This document shows positions 56,222 through 56,472 of a stretch of 56,472 bases of DNA, piece after piece. This DNA comes from a virus (lineage: Duplodnaviria; Caudoviricetes). Each line of letters opens with the position of its first letter. Within the stretch, counting starts at the first letter, position 1. A program made the translations under genes and the position numbers. The stretch spans positions 1-56,472 of the IMG/VR virus record IMGVR_UViG_3300019926_000239; one strand, written 5' to 3'. The notes beneath the pieces are model-generated. The model worked only from the letters and a program-made list of their open reading frames with translations. It did no database searches and had not been told where the DNA came from.

Positions 56222-56472
56222 ATGAGAGCAAACACCGAACGAGACGAACGAGACGAAGCACAAACGCGCGAACAAGTCCTCGAAGCCACCCAGGCGGAAC
56301 GTGAGGGTGCAAGCGATGAGCGGCTTGCGCGGCTACTCGAAAACGCCAACGCAAGCACCACCAGCGCCGACGATACGCTTGCGCTAACCTCCTTCCGCGT
56401 CCGTGAGGTTCTTGCGGAGGAACTCCTCGACCGTGGACGCCGCGACCTGGTTGTTGAGGTTCTTGAGGAGGG
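56222..56472 (+). CDS. hypothetical cassette protein, 3' truncated
   Basis: MRANTERDERDEAQ... open to window end. Confidence 0.75.
   Translation, partial: MRANTERDERDEAQTREQVLEATQAEREGASDERLARLLENANASTTSADDTLALTSFRVREVLAEELLDRGRRDLVVEVLEE

Noticed and set aside
56222-56472. Exact circular junction between window end and start
   Set aside because: The terminal ORF ends two bases into a codon and does not continue into the frame-1 ORF at 1..228. No terminal overlap was seen, so some sequence is probably missing.

Overview
Most of the genome of a haloarchaeal tailed virus with siphovirus organisation (very acidic proteins, archaeal TATA and GGAGGTGA-type signals, Hjc resolvase, archaeal-type tRNA-Gln). 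It is circularly permuted: TerS (43.6 kb), TerL (45.1 kb), portal (52.7 kb) and MuF (54.5 kb) precede prohead protease, capsid, neck, tail tube, frameshifted chaperone, tape measure and tail tip genes (2.5-24.6 kb). The two window ends do not join in frame. The main structural signal is 16 dispersed copies of a ~56-65 bp TATA+leader+SD element (CA(T/A)AAGGTATAAGT...GAGGTGAACC..ATG). Each heads a small accessory gene cassette, and the cassettes split the normally contiguous morphogenesis module; the copies are mosaics of each other. A candidate ~50 nt RNA antisense to their shared leader lies behind an RHH regulator gene. Also present: a ParB-methyltransferase-PLP enzyme triple fusion (candidate DNA hypermodification enzyme), a tnpB-only IS200/IS605 element with boundaries resolvable to the base, a split CobT-like/VWA plus MoxR AAA module, a switch-like structured region and an 11-bp repeat array around the tRNA. 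No integrase, DNA polymerase, primase or helicase was recognised. All family calls come from motif recognition by eye, not from database searches.
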